Assembly (NCBI GenBank): GCA_016782785.1
Contig: JADHXV010000002.1
Coordinates: 1-45,020 of the forward strand
DNA length: 45,020 bases
Direction of reading: 5' to 3'
From: Planctomycetota bacterium
GTDB taxonomy: Bacteria > Planctomycetota > Phycisphaerae > FEN-1346
Positions 33,782 through 42,670 of the stretch are shown here, in pieces; the stretch's first letter is position 1, and the number at the start of each line of letters is the position of its first letter. Made by a program: the position numbers and the translations under genes. The notes under the pieces were generated by a model. That model saw only the letters and a list, made by a program, of their open reading frames with translations. It was not told the origin of the DNA and searched no databases.

Positions 33782-36282
33782 GGCCGATCTCCTTCACCGC
33801 TGTCCGGGACTTTGCCGGCGAACGCCAGGGCCGCCCGGTCGTAATCGTTGCTCCGGAGGTACGCCCGGCCGAGCGTATCGAGGACCCGGCGTCGGACCTC
33901 GGCGGGCGCCGTCTCGGCCAGCACCCGCCGGGCCGTGCTGATCGCCTGCTCGGTCCGGCCGGCCGCCAGGTGGACCTCTGCCAGGTCGGCACAGGCCGCC
34001 TGGGCCAGCGGTCCCGGCTCCAGGTGCGCGACGACCGTCTCGAGCAGCCGGCGGGCGTCCTCGGGCCGGCCCAGGTCCACGGAGCACCGCGCCAAGGCGA
34101 TTTCCATCTCGATGGCGCTTTGCGGCCCGGCGGCCTTCGGCCGGCGGTCCATCAGGCACCGCGTCGCCCGGTCCGCCAAGCCCATGGCCCGCAGCATCCG
34201 GACCTCCAGCAGGGTGGCCCGGTCCACGTGCTCGGCCGGGGTCGCCGCCGGGTCGATACGCGCCACGAGCGCCAGCGCCTCGGCGTACTCGGCCTCGTCG
34301 GCCAGCGTGCCGGCCAGCGCCAGGAGGATGTCGGCCGAAAGGGCGGGTTCGGCCTCGGCCATCATCGCCCGACGCAGCGCCGCCTGCGCCCCGGCCGTCT
34401 CGCCCAGGGCCAGCAGGCTCTGGGCCAGGAGGTACTCGGCCTCGGCCCGGTCGGCATCAAGCACGCCGGCCGCCGCCTCCCGGTATCGCTGGAACCACGT
34501 GACGGCGTCGGCGTGCTCGCCCTGGAGCCAGTAGCCTTTGCCGGCCCCGAAGGCCGCGCCCATCTGCGACGACCGCGAGAGTTCCCAGTAATAGAGTTTG
34601 CGGAACGTGGTGACGGCCTCGGCAAAGAGGCCGGTCTTGAGGGTGGCCTGGCCCAGCCGCAGGTACACCACGTCGGCCTGCGGGAAGTTCGGATGATGGT
34701 TCAACAGGTCGAGTAGCCGGCCGCGGGCCCCCGCGTAGTCGCGCAGGTCGATGCGGATGCCGGCGCTTCGGAGCATGGCCCGCGGCGCCAGGTCCGACCG
34801 CGGATGCCGCTCGGCCAGCAGATTGTACTCGGCCATGGCGCTGGCGGTCTCGCCCTGGTGCTCGTACAAGAGGCCCAGCGCGAAGTGGGCGTACGGGTAC
34901 CGGGGCGCGTCGGCCTCGCGCAGCAGCCGACGCCGCCACATCGAGACGGCCTCCCGCAGCAGCAGGTTCTGCAACTCGGCCGTCGAGCGGATCGCCCGCG
35001 GGTCGTGGATCATCGCGCCCTCGCCCGTCATGCGGGCCACCAGACCGGCCGCGCCGCAGGCCACCTCGATGACGCGGGTATCGGGGGCCCGGTCGATGGC
35101 CAGCAGGATTGCCCGCCGGCGGGCGGGCGCCTCGGCCGTCGCCCACGTCACATCCAGGTTCGACCGGCCCGCCACTTGGTCCAGCAGTTCCTCCAGCGGG
35201 GCCCCCGCGCTCGTGACCGACCAGACGGCCGGGCCGTCGTCGTCCGGCTGCGTCCGCTCGGCCCGCAGACCCACGGCGGCGTCGCCGAGCCGGCCGAGCC
35301 CGGCCTCCAGGAGGGCCCGGACCTGGCCCTCCGTCGGCCCGCCCGCGAACGGGTCGGGCGGCAGGACGGCCGCTTCGGGCAGCGCGTCGTCGGCCCCGTG
35401 GAACGCCAGGGCCTTGCGCGTCAGCGCCCCGGCCACCAGCAGGTCGCACGTGCTCTCCAGGCCCGCCGACCCCGGCACCGCGCCCAGCGCCGCAATCGCC
35501 CGGTACCCGTGCGTGCGTGCCGTCAGGTACTGCCCGTCCGCCTGCGCCAGCCGGGCCAGTTCCACGAGCGCCATGCCGCGGACCACCGGCGACCGGCTCT
35601 CGGCCGCCTGGACGAAGCCGTCGTGCGCCTCCGGCATCTCGCCGAGCGACCGCCGGCACTGGGCCTGCCGCAGCAGAAAGAACTCGACCAGCCGCTCGTC
35701 CTGAGGGTTGCCGCGCGTCGCCGCCAGCAGACGGTCGCATTGCGTCAAAGCCTCGCGATACCGCCCGCCCGCGAACGCCTGCTCCTCCAGGGCCAGCGAG
35801 AAGGCGTCGTCGGTGGGCGGCTCGGCAGGCGTCACGTTGGGCGGATTGTTGCGCGAGGGCGGCGGCACCGCCGGCAGCCGCGCCGGCTCCGGCACCGGCC
35901 CCCCGTGCCACGGACCGAACAGGAACATCCCGATGACCACGCCCACCACCAGCACCGCATTGGCCCCGACCAGCACGGGCCACGAACCCCATCTGTGACG
36001 CAGGCCCGCTGTGAACTCGGGCGGCAGGTCGTCGCCGAATTCCCCCGCCCACACGTCCGCGGCGCCGGGCTGACCGGACGCGTCCGGGGCGTCGGCCGTG
36101 GTGAAGAAGTCGGCGTCAGCGGCCGCGGCGGCGGAGACCTCGACGGCGTCGGAGGAAGGGGCCGCGGCGGTGGCAGCGGGCGCCTGTTCCGTCGCAGCAG
36201 CGTCGGACGGCCCGGGGGCCGCTTCCTCCGGGGCCGGCTCGTTTGCGGCCGGCGGGTTGTCGCGTTTCTCTGTATCAGCCAT
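33778..36282 (-). CDS. membrane-anchored multi-TPR protein (834 aa)
   Basis: Trimmed to MADTEKRDNPP, because the sigma-54 promoter lies inside the longer ORF. It has an acidic/Pro-Ala N-terminus and one TM (WPVLVGANAVLVVGVVIGMFLF). Many TPR-like helix pairs follow, with an embedded beta-alpha segment (APLEELLDQVAGRSNLDVTW...) that resembles a secretin-N0/STN module. Confidence 0.7.
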   Translation of the reverse strand: MADTEKRDNPPAANEPAPEEAAPGPSDAAATEQAPAATAAAPSSDAVEVSAAAAADADFFTTADAPDASGQPGAADVWAGEFGDDLPPEFTAGLRHRWGSWPVLVGANAVLVVGVVIGMFLFGPWHGGPVPEPARLPAVPPPSRNNPPNVTPAEPPTDDAFSLALEEQAFAGGRYREALTQCDRLLAATRGNPQDERLVEFFLLRQAQCRRSLGEMPEAHDGFVQAAESRSPVVRGMALVELARLAQADGQYLTARTHGYRAIAALGAVPGSAGLESTCDLLVAGALTRKALAFHGADDALPEAAVLPPDPFAGGPTEGQVRALLEAGLGRLGDAAVGLRAERTQPDDDGPAVWSVTSAGAPLEELLDQVAGRSNLDVTWATAEAPARRRAILLAIDRAPDTRVIEVACGAAGLVARMTGEGAMIHDPRAIRSTAELQNLLLREAVSMWRRRLLREADAPRYPYAHFALGLLYEHQGETASAMAEYNLLAERHPRSDLAPRAMLRSAGIRIDLRDYAGARGRLLDLLNHHPNFPQADVVYLRLGQATLKTGLFAEAVTTFRKLYYWELSRSSQMGAAFGAGKGYWLQGEHADAVTWFQRYREAAAGVLDADRAEAEYLLAQSLLALGETAGAQAALRRAMMAEAEPALSADILLALAGTLADEAEYAEALALVARIDPAATPAEHVDRATLLEVRMLRAMGLADRATRCLMDRRPKAAGPQSAIEMEIALARCSVDLGRPEDARRLLETVVAHLEPGPLAQAACADLAEVHLAAGRTEQAISTARRVLAETAPAEVRRRVLDTLGRAYLRSNDYDRAALAFAGKVPDSGEGDRP

Positions 36283-36359
36283 GCGTGCGCTCAGTCCTGG
36301 TTCGCGTGTGCCCGGGCCGCTCCGCGCCAGAGCGCGGGCGCAGCCGTGCGGAGGTTGGG

Positions 36360-36375
36360 TGCAACCGGCGTGCCA
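36360..36375 (-). promoter_or_regulatory. sigma-54 promoter (-24/-12) of the TPR-regulator-flgB operon
   Basis: The minus strand reads TGGCAC-GCCGG-TTGCA, an exact match to the TGGCAC-N5-TTGCW consensus. It lies about 80 nt upstream of the ATG at 36282. Confidence 0.75.
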
Positions 36376-36570
36376 AACGGGTTCTGGAACTGCCGAAGGG
36401 GGAAAATCGCTGCTTTCGGCCCGGAAGTGCAATTCGGCGCCAGCGTCGACGCCGCCGTCCGCCCGGTCCGGCGTAAGGATTTCGGCCGGGCGTTCGGTTT
36501 TCAGACGCGCCGCGGGCCAACCCCATATTCGGCGCGGCGGGACTCCGGTCCCGCAGCGTGAAGCGTGAAG

Positions 36571-36599
36571 CGCGGTGGGTCGGGAGACCCACCGCGCGG
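36571..36599. repeat. GC-rich palindromic element (REP-like)
   Basis: CGCGGTGGGT-CGGGAG-ACCCACCGCGCGG. The two arms carry compensatory changes that preserve pairing. It lies between the FleQ-like gene and the sigma-54 promoter. Confidence 0.7.
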
Positions 36600-36625
36600 G
36601 AATCTGTTCGAGCAGGGATGCCGGA

Positions 36626-38094
36626 CTACACGCCGACCTTGCTGAGGCGGGAAGACCGCGAGCACCGGTCCTCCGGGGCGGCCGCCGACGTGCCGGACTC
36701 CCCCGTGCCGTCGGGTATCCGGATCTTGTACCGCTTCAGTTTGGCGTGCAGGGTGGCCCGGGTGATGCCGAGCAGCGCCGCCGCCCGCGTCCGTTGCCAC
36801 CCCGTTTCGCGGAGCGCCCGCGTGATGAAAAGCCGTTCGGCGGTCTGGAGCGAGAAATCGTTCTCGGGTGCAGGGAGGGCGGCCTTGGAGTCGTCCGGCG
36901 CGGCCGCCGGGCCCCGGCCGTCGATGATCAGGCACTCGGGCCGGATGCAGTCGCCCGTCTCCATGATGAGGGCCCGCTCGATCACGTTTCGCAGCTCGCG
37001 GACGTTGCCCGGCCAGTCGTGGGCCAGCAGCCGATCGCGCGCCTTCTCCGTCAGGCCCTTGATGCGGCGGGTGCGGGGAAGGGCACACATCTCGACGAAA
37101 TACTCGGCCAGCAGCGGCACGTCGTCGCGGCGCCCGCGGTCCGCAGCGGCGGCAACTCGACCGGAAACACCGCCAGCCGATAGTACAGGTCCCGCCGGAA
37201 GCGGCCGGCCTGCACCTCGGCCGCCAGGTCGCGGTTGCTCGACGCCAGGATGCTTGCCCGGCATGGAATCGTTTCGGTCCCGCCCACCCGCCGGAACGTC
37301 CGGTCCTGGAGCACCCGCAGCAGTTTGGCCTGGAGTTCCACGGGGATCTCGCTGACCTCGTCCAGCAGGATACTGCCGGTGCCGGCCAGTTCGAACAGGC
37401 CCTTCTTCGGGCCGTCCGCCCCCGTGAAAGCGCCCTTGACGTGGCCGAACAGTTCGCTTTCCAGGAGGTTGGCGTTCAGGGCGGCGCAGTTGACCGCCAC
37501 GAAGTTGTCCTCCGACCCGCCGCGGATGGCGTGGATGGCCCGGGCGGCCAACTCCTTGCCGGTCCCGGTTTCTCCGACCACCAGGGCGGGGTTGCATCCG
37601 CTCTCGGCCACCAGGGCGATGGTCTTCAGCGTCTGCCGCATGGCCTCGCTACGGCCGACGATGGGTACGTCGGCCGGACATTCCGGGGCGAAGTACTCCG
37701 GCCGGCCCTCGGGGCGCGCCGAACGCCGCGCCGCACGCAACACCCGCTCCATGGCGTCGCCGACCGGCGTCGCCGCCACGTAGTCCGTGGCGCCGTGACG
37801 GATGAACATGATGGCCTCGTCCACGTCCGGCCGGTCCGTCAGCACCACCACCGGATGGCCGGGCGCTGCCGTACGGAGCTGTTGAAGAAATTCCAGCGCC
37901 GCCTCCCGCGGAAACGTCTCGCGGACCACCACCAGTTCGGGGTGCGCGGCGTGGACGGCCAGGAGGGCTTCATCGGCGGTGCGGCTCGATATGACGTGGC
38001 GGGCGACCGCCACGAACGGACACGCCTGCGACGGCGGGGCGCTGCCCAGCGCGACCACGGCCTGAAGGGTGGCCTGCGGCGAGGCTTTGGGCAT
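36626..38094 (-). pseudogene. sigma-54-dependent activator, FleQ/FlrA-like, with an atypical receiver. The reading frame is broken near 37125-37145.
   Basis: The N-terminal part (frame of ORF 37051..38232) reads MPKASPQ..., with a REC-like domain where Arg replaces the acceptor Asp (ELVVVRETFP). It has Walker A (GETGTGKE) and GAFTGA, and runs up to VELPPLR. The homology then continues in the frame of ORF 36626..37597: (D)RGRRDDVPLLAEYF...WPGNVRELRNVIERA...AALLGITRATLHAKLKRY (HTH). The span is 1469 nt, which is not a multiple of 3. Confidence 0.8.
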
Positions 38095-38270
38095 CGACCA
38101 CTTCCCCCGACGCTTGCTGGTGGAACGTCCTGAAGAGGGGAGGCGGCACGTTGTCCGGCTGGTGCGGCCTAGTCGTGGCGCGTGGCGGCATGTTGCCCGC
38201 GCCGGACATCCCCCCGCGTGCTCTTGGGGCACTACAGTGTCGGCAAGGACGAAACGCCGGCTTTAGCCGA

Positions 38271-38300
38271 ATTATCGGACGGGCAGGAAAATTTACTCAA
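38271..38300 (-). promoter_or_regulatory. candidate sigma-70-type promoter for the FleQ-like activator
   Basis: The minus strand reads TTGAGT, an 18-nt spacer, then GATAAT. It lies in the only AT-rich patch of the divergent 38.1-38.6 kb intergenic region. Confidence 0.3.
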
Positions 38301-38568
38301 TGTGTGCTTAAACGTGTAATCTGATATTCAGGCATCGCTGTTTGGCCCGTCTCCTGGCTGTCGCCGGCCCGCTGCCGTTCGTGCCGATGTCCGGTTTCTG
38401 TGTTCCGGTGCCGGTGCCGTGCGGCAGAGTCTGCCGCCGACCGGAAGAAACTTCCGCTTCGCCCGGGATCAGGGCCGGGTTTTGGTGACGCCCACCGCAC
38501 CGAATGCGGCACCGTAAGTCATTTCTCGGCAACCGCTTACGAGCATAATGCCCAATGCATGCCCGCGG

Positions 38569-38584
38569 TGGCACGGCGTTTGCC
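38569..38584 (+). promoter_or_regulatory. sigma-54 promoter of the fliK-flgD-flgE operon
   Basis: The plus strand reads TGGCAC-GGCGT-TTGCC. The motif ends 25 nt upstream of the fliK ATG, and the AGGAGG Shine-Dalgarno sequence lies downstream of the predicted start site. Confidence 0.7.
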
Positions 38585-38609
38585 TCCTCTCCAGCCGCAG
38601 GAGGTCACT

Positions 38610-40529
38610 ATGCAGGCCCTCGGTACCGTATCTTTGAACGACATCCTATGGCAGCCCGCCGGCCCCGCCGGGGCGGGCCCGGCCGCCGGTTCCGCCTCCG
38701 ACCGCGGTTCCTGGCGGCAGGAGGACCGTCTGGACCGGCTCCTCGCCCCCGACTGTCCCAACCGGCCGCCCTTCAGAGCCGACGAGTCGGCCGCCCGCGA
38801 CCCCGTCCAAACGGCCCCTCGGCGGGACGCGGTTGATGATCCCTCGCAGTTCGCCTCCCGCAGGTCCCGCGACGAGGCGCCGGCTGACCGAGTCGGCTTG
38901 GCTGGGGACGGCTTGGCGGGGCCGGTGGAGTCGGCAAGAAACTACAAGAAGAGCCAAATCTCCGAAAATTCCGCCGAGGTTTCGCAACGGAAAACCACGG
39001 TCGGCGCAGCCGCGAGGCCGACATCGGCCACCGGAACGGCCGGTTTCGGGCCGAAAAACGTGACTTTTTCGGCAGCAATGGCCGCGCAACTGGCCTCTTC
39101 CTCCACCGAAACCGCCTTGGCGGGCCGGCAGACCCGCACCGCCGCGTCGGCCGGGCTCACCGGGCGTATCGGGATGGCTCCGCAGGCGAAATTGCCCGCA
39201 AACGGCGCGGCCGTGGCGGACGGGAAAGGCGGCCGGCTGCCGTCCGCAACGGCCGGTGGTGAGGCCGAAAAACGGGCCGGACAGGCGTTTGTCGCGGCTC
39301 TTGCGGCAAGACCGGCGGCCGAAGGCGCGGCTTCGCGGGCTGCCGCGGCCGATGCGTCGGCCGGCGCGGGCCGGGCCAAGGGTCAGGCGAAGCCGACAAA
39401 CGGCTCGGGGACCGCGGAAAAGGCGGTTGCACAAGCCGTTTCGCAGGCCGCGGAGCGGGTGGCGGCTGCCGCAGCGGCTCAGGCCAAGACGGTCGTGACG
39501 GCCGAGCAGGCCCGTCCGCAGGGCGAGAAGACGGCGGGCCAGGCGGGCAAGGCCAACGCACAGCGGGCCCGGGCGGCCGATGCGTCGGCCGGCGCGGGCC
39601 GGGCCAAGGGTCAGGCGAAGTCGACAAACGGCTCGGGGACCGCGGAAAAGGCCGTCGCACAAGCCGTTTCGCAGGCCGCGGAGCGGGTGGCGGCTGCCGT
39701 AGCGGCTCAGGCCAAGACGGTCGTGACGGCCGAGCAGGCCCGTCCGCAGGGCGAGAAGACGGCGGGCCAGGCGGGCAAGGCCAACGCACAGCGGGCCCGG
39801 GCGGCCGAGGCCGCGGCGGGGCAAGGCAAGGGGTCGGCCGCGTCGGCAGCCACAAAGGGTGGACGCGAGGGCGAGACGGCGCCGGTCCGAGGGTCGCACG
39901 GTCCCGGGACGGCGGTGAAGCCGCAGGTTGCCGCGATGCCGGCTGCGGAAGGCCGCGGCGAGGCCGTGGCGGCGGCTCAGGGCTCGGCCGCGCCCGAAGC
40001 AGCCGCGGCGGCCCGCGGGGTGGCGGCGCGTCCGGCGGAGGCCGGGCAGGTGGGCGGTGGTCTGGGCGACGCCGCCGGCCAAGTGGCCGAGTCGATCCGG
40101 TCTGTCGGCGGCCAGGCGGACCGGCAGATCCTGGTGAACCTCAACCCGCCCGAATTGGGGCAGGTGCGGATCATCCTGCGAAACGAGGCGGACGGCATCC
40201 ACGGCGTCATCCGGGCCGAGGTGCCCGAGACGCTGGCGAAACTCCAGCAGGAGGCCGCGCCGCTGGTCGCGCGGCTCCAGGCGGACGGCATCGAGATCCG
40301 CCGGCTCGACTTCGCCCTGACCGAGCAGCAGAACGGGAACCAGGCGGACGCGGGTGCGGCGTTCCGCGACGGCCAGGCCCAGGCCGACGCGTGGACGGGC
40401 GAGAACGGGCCGCATTCCGGCGGGTCGGGCGGGCCATCGGACGGGCTCGACGAGGCGGTGGAGACCGACGCCGGGGCGTCGGGCGCGGTCTGGGCAGCGA
40501 CCGACGGGTCGGTGAACGTGCAGGTCTAG
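38610..40529 (+). CDS. fliK: flagellar hook-length control protein FliK
   Basis: Trimmed to MQALGTV, with AGGAGG 6 nt upstream. The N-terminal and central parts are long, Ala/Gln/Gly-rich and disordered. The C-terminal Flg_hook domain is ILVNLNPPELGQVRIILRNEADGIHGVIRAEVPETLAKLQQEAAPLVARLQADGIEI. Confidence 0.88.
   Translation: MQALGTVSLNDILWQPAGPAGAGPAAGSASDRGSWRQEDRLDRLLAPDCPNRPPFRADESAARDPVQTAPRRDAVDDPSQFASRRSRDEAPADRVGLAGDGLAGPVESARNYKKSQISENSAEVSQRKTTVGAAARPTSATGTAGFGPKNVTFSAAMAAQLASSSTETALAGRQTRTAASAGLTGRIGMAPQAKLPANGAAVADGKGGRLPSATAGGEAEKRAGQAFVAALAARPAAEGAASRAAAADASAGAGRAKGQAKPTNGSGTAEKAVAQAVSQAAERVAAAAAAQAKTVVTAEQARPQGEKTAGQAGKANAQRARAADASAGAGRAKGQAKSTNGSGTAEKAVAQAVSQAAERVAAAVAAQAKTVVTAEQARPQGEKTAGQAGKANAQRARAAEAAAGQGKGSAASAATKGGREGETAPVRGSHGPGTAVKPQVAAMPAAEGRGEAVAAAQGSAAPEAAAAARGVAARPAEAGQVGGGLGDAAGQVAESIRSVGGQADRQILVNLNPPELGQVRIILRNEADGIHGVIRAEVPETLAKLQQEAAPLVARLQADGIEIRRLDFALTEQQNGNQADAGAAFRDGQAQADAWTGENGPHSGGSGGPSDGLDEAVETDAGASGAVWAATDGSVNVQV
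39345..39808 (+). repeat. 2 x 228-bp near-identical in-frame tandem duplication inside fliK
   Basis: Copy 1 is 39345-39572 and copy 2 is 39573-39800. The next 8 nt begin a third copy. I counted 4 mismatches by eye in 228 nt. Each copy encodes 76 aa (AADASAGAGRAKGQAK.TNGSGTAEKAVAQAVSQAAERVAAA.AAQAKTVVTAEQARPQGEKTAGQAGKANAQRAR). Confidence 0.9.
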
Positions 40530-40538
40530 GAGCGAGCG

Positions 40539-40940
40539 ATGGCCGAGGTTGCCAGCGTTGACACGGGCAGCGAGAGCCTGCGATTCCAGTTTCTGAAACT
40601 GCTGGTGGCGCAGTTGCAGAATCAGAACCCGCTGGAACCGCTGGACAACGGGGAGATGACGGCCCAACTGGCGCAGATTTCGTCGCTGGAGCAACTGGAA
40701 GAGGTCAACGCGAACCTGGAGGACTTGAAAGGACTCGGGACGACGTTCGCGGGTGCGATGGTGATGGCGGAGGCGCGTTACGCCACGTCGCTCATCGGCC
40801 GCGAGGTGACGTTTGGGACGAGCAAGGGCACGGTCGAGACCGGCCGTGTCTCAGGGGTTGAGAGACCCGACGGGGCATTCATGCTGCAGGTCGGCGCCTG
40901 GCTTGTGCCGCTGGGCGCCGTCACCGGGATTCGGGAGTAG
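40539..40940 (+). CDS. flgD: flagellar hook assembly (cap) protein FlgD
   Basis: 133 aa. FLKLLVAQLQNQNPLEPLDNGEMTAQLAQISSLEQL is the FlgD signature. Confidence 0.93.
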   Translation: MAEVASVDTGSESLRFQFLKLLVAQLQNQNPLEPLDNGEMTAQLAQISSLEQLEEVNANLEDLKGLGTTFAGAMVMAEARYATSLIGREVTFGTSKGTVETGRVSGVERPDGAFMLQVGAWLVPLGAVTGIRE

Positions 40941-40974
40941 GCCGGCCGAGGCCGCTCCCTGAAGGAGGCCGACG

Positions 40975-42639
40975 ATGAGTGATTCACTGATGGCGGCGGT
41001 TTCGGGGCTTCAGGGGCATCAGAAGATGCTCGACGTGGCGGGCAACAACCTGGCCAACGTCAACACGTACGGGTTCAAGTCCAGCCGCGTGACGTTCTCG
41101 GAACTGCTGTCCGAGACGCTGCGCGAGGCCACCCAGCCGCAGGAGCGGGTGGGCGGAACAAACCCGCAGCAGATCGGGAGCGGCGTGACGGTCTCGAGCA
41201 TCGACCGGAACATGAGTCAGGGGACGATGGTGCATACGGGCCAGCCGCTCGACATGGCGATCGAGGGGGCCGGGTACTTCGTCCTCGGCGATGGGCAGAA
41301 GGATATGTACACGCGTGTCGGCACGTTCGCGGTCGACTCGCAGTATTACCTGGTGGACCCGGGAACGGGCTACCGGGTGCAGCGGCTGGACGTCCAGGGC
41401 GTGGCGGAGGGGTTCCAGGACGCGTCCTCGAACGACATCCGTATTCCGTACGACATGGCGTTGCCGGCCAAGCCGACCGAGGCGATCTCGTTCACGGGGA
41501 ACCTGAGCGCCGACGCCGAGAGCCCGCTGACGAACCAACTGACGAGCGGCACCCAGTATACCGTGGGCGGTGCGGTGGCGTCGGTGACGTCGCTCCTGGC
41601 GGACCTGGACCAGGCCACCGGCACCTCGGACGGCGAGACGATCGCGATCAGCGGCAAGGCGGCCGACGGGTCGGACGTCAGCGCCACGTTCACGATCGGC
41701 AGCGGGGCGGGGCAGGACGGCACGACGCTGGGCGACCTGCTGACGAAGATCAGCGGGGCGTTCAGCGGATCGACGGCGACCCTGGTGAACGGCGAAATCC
41801 GCCTGACCGACACGACGGCCGGCTACAGCCAGACCGACATCTACATGGCGTACAACGGGGCGGGGAGCCTGACGCTGCCCACGTACTTCCAGCACCTGGC
41901 GGCGGGCGGGCGCGAGACCAAGAGCGCCAACGTCGAGATCTTCGACGCGCAGGGCATCGGCCACGTCGTCTCGGTCGCCTTCGTCCGGACCGACACCGAC
42001 GACACCTGGGACATGGTGGTGACGAACATGACGGGCAACATCCTGTTCGACAGCCCGGACGACCGGCGCGTGCGGGGCATCCAGTTCAACGCGGACGGCA
42101 GTTTCGCCGGCCTGGGCGGGGCCACGCCGGACGAACTGGCGATCCGGGCGCGGCTCGACGGGCCCGGGTCGACGCAGTCGGTCATCACCCTGGATTTCGG
42201 CACGATCGGCCAGTTCAACGGGTTGAGCCAGTTCGGCGGCCCGTCGACGGTGGCGGCCAGCGGCCAGGACGGCTACGAGGCGGGGTACCTGTCGAGCCTC
42301 TCCGTGAGCCGCGACGGCGTGCTGGTGGGCATGTTCACGAACGGGGTGCGGCGGAACATCGCGGCCCTGAAGGTGGCGACGTTCCAGAACGCGGCGGGCC
42401 TGGAGTCGGTGGGCGGGTCGTACTTCATCGCGTCGGGCAACTCGGGCGACCCGATGCCCACGCAGGCGATGACCAGCGGGGCCGGGGCCGTCAACGGCGG
42501 CTCGCTGGAACGGTCGAACGTGGATACGGCCGAGGAGTTCGTCAACCTCATCCAGGCGCAAAACGGGTACCAGGCGAACGCGCGGACCATCCGCGTCACC
42601 AACGACATGCTGCGGGAACTCTCGAACCTGATCCGGTAA
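40975..42639 (+). CDS. flgE: flagellar hook protein FlgE
   Basis: 554 aa. The N-terminus is GLQGHQKMLDVAGNNLANVNTYGFK and the C-terminus is SNVDTAEEFVNLIQAQNGYQANARTIRVTNDMLRELSNL. GAAGGAGG Shine-Dalgarno sequence. Confidence 0.95.
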   Translation: MSDSLMAAVSGLQGHQKMLDVAGNNLANVNTYGFKSSRVTFSELLSETLREATQPQERVGGTNPQQIGSGVTVSSIDRNMSQGTMVHTGQPLDMAIEGAGYFVLGDGQKDMYTRVGTFAVDSQYYLVDPGTGYRVQRLDVQGVAEGFQDASSNDIRIPYDMALPAKPTEAISFTGNLSADAESPLTNQLTSGTQYTVGGAVASVTSLLADLDQATGTSDGETIAISGKAADGSDVSATFTIGSGAGQDGTTLGDLLTKISGAFSGSTATLVNGEIRLTDTTAGYSQTDIYMAYNGAGSLTLPTYFQHLAAGGRETKSANVEIFDAQGIGHVVSVAFVRTDTDDTWDMVVTNMTGNILFDSPDDRRVRGIQFNADGSFAGLGGATPDELAIRARLDGPGSTQSVITLDFGTIGQFNGLSQFGGPSTVAASGQDGYEAGYLSSLSVSRDGVLVGMFTNGVRRNIAALKVATFQNAAGLESVGGSYFIASGNSGDPMPTQAMTSGAGAVNGGSLERSNVDTAEEFVNLIQAQNGYQANARTIRVTNDMLRELSNLIR

Positions 42640-42670
42640 GGCGAACCATTCGTCAAGGCGGGCTGAGGCG

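Noticed and set aside
36427-36441. A second sigma-54-like motif, TGGCGCCGAATTGCA on the minus strand, about 50 nt upstream of the consensus promoter.
   Set aside because: The GG-to-GC spacing is one nucleotide short (N9 instead of N10) and the -24 element is TGGCGC. The exact consensus at 36360-36375 is the better candidate.
37100-37160. Programmed ribosomal frameshifting as the explanation for the split sigma-54 activator.
   Set aside because: There is no X-XXY-YYZ slippery heptamer or homopolymer at the junction (ccgctgcggaccgcgggcgccgcg). I saw no obvious downstream pseudoknot. An indel, either real or an assembly error, is the simpler explanation.
38261-38300. A sigma-28 reading of TCCGATAA in the divergent region upstream of the FleQ-like gene.
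   Set aside because: TAAA occurs only at a 12-nt spacing rather than 15. The same bases fit a sigma-70 TTGAGT-18-GATAAT promoter better. A class I regulator driven by FliA would also invert the hierarchy.
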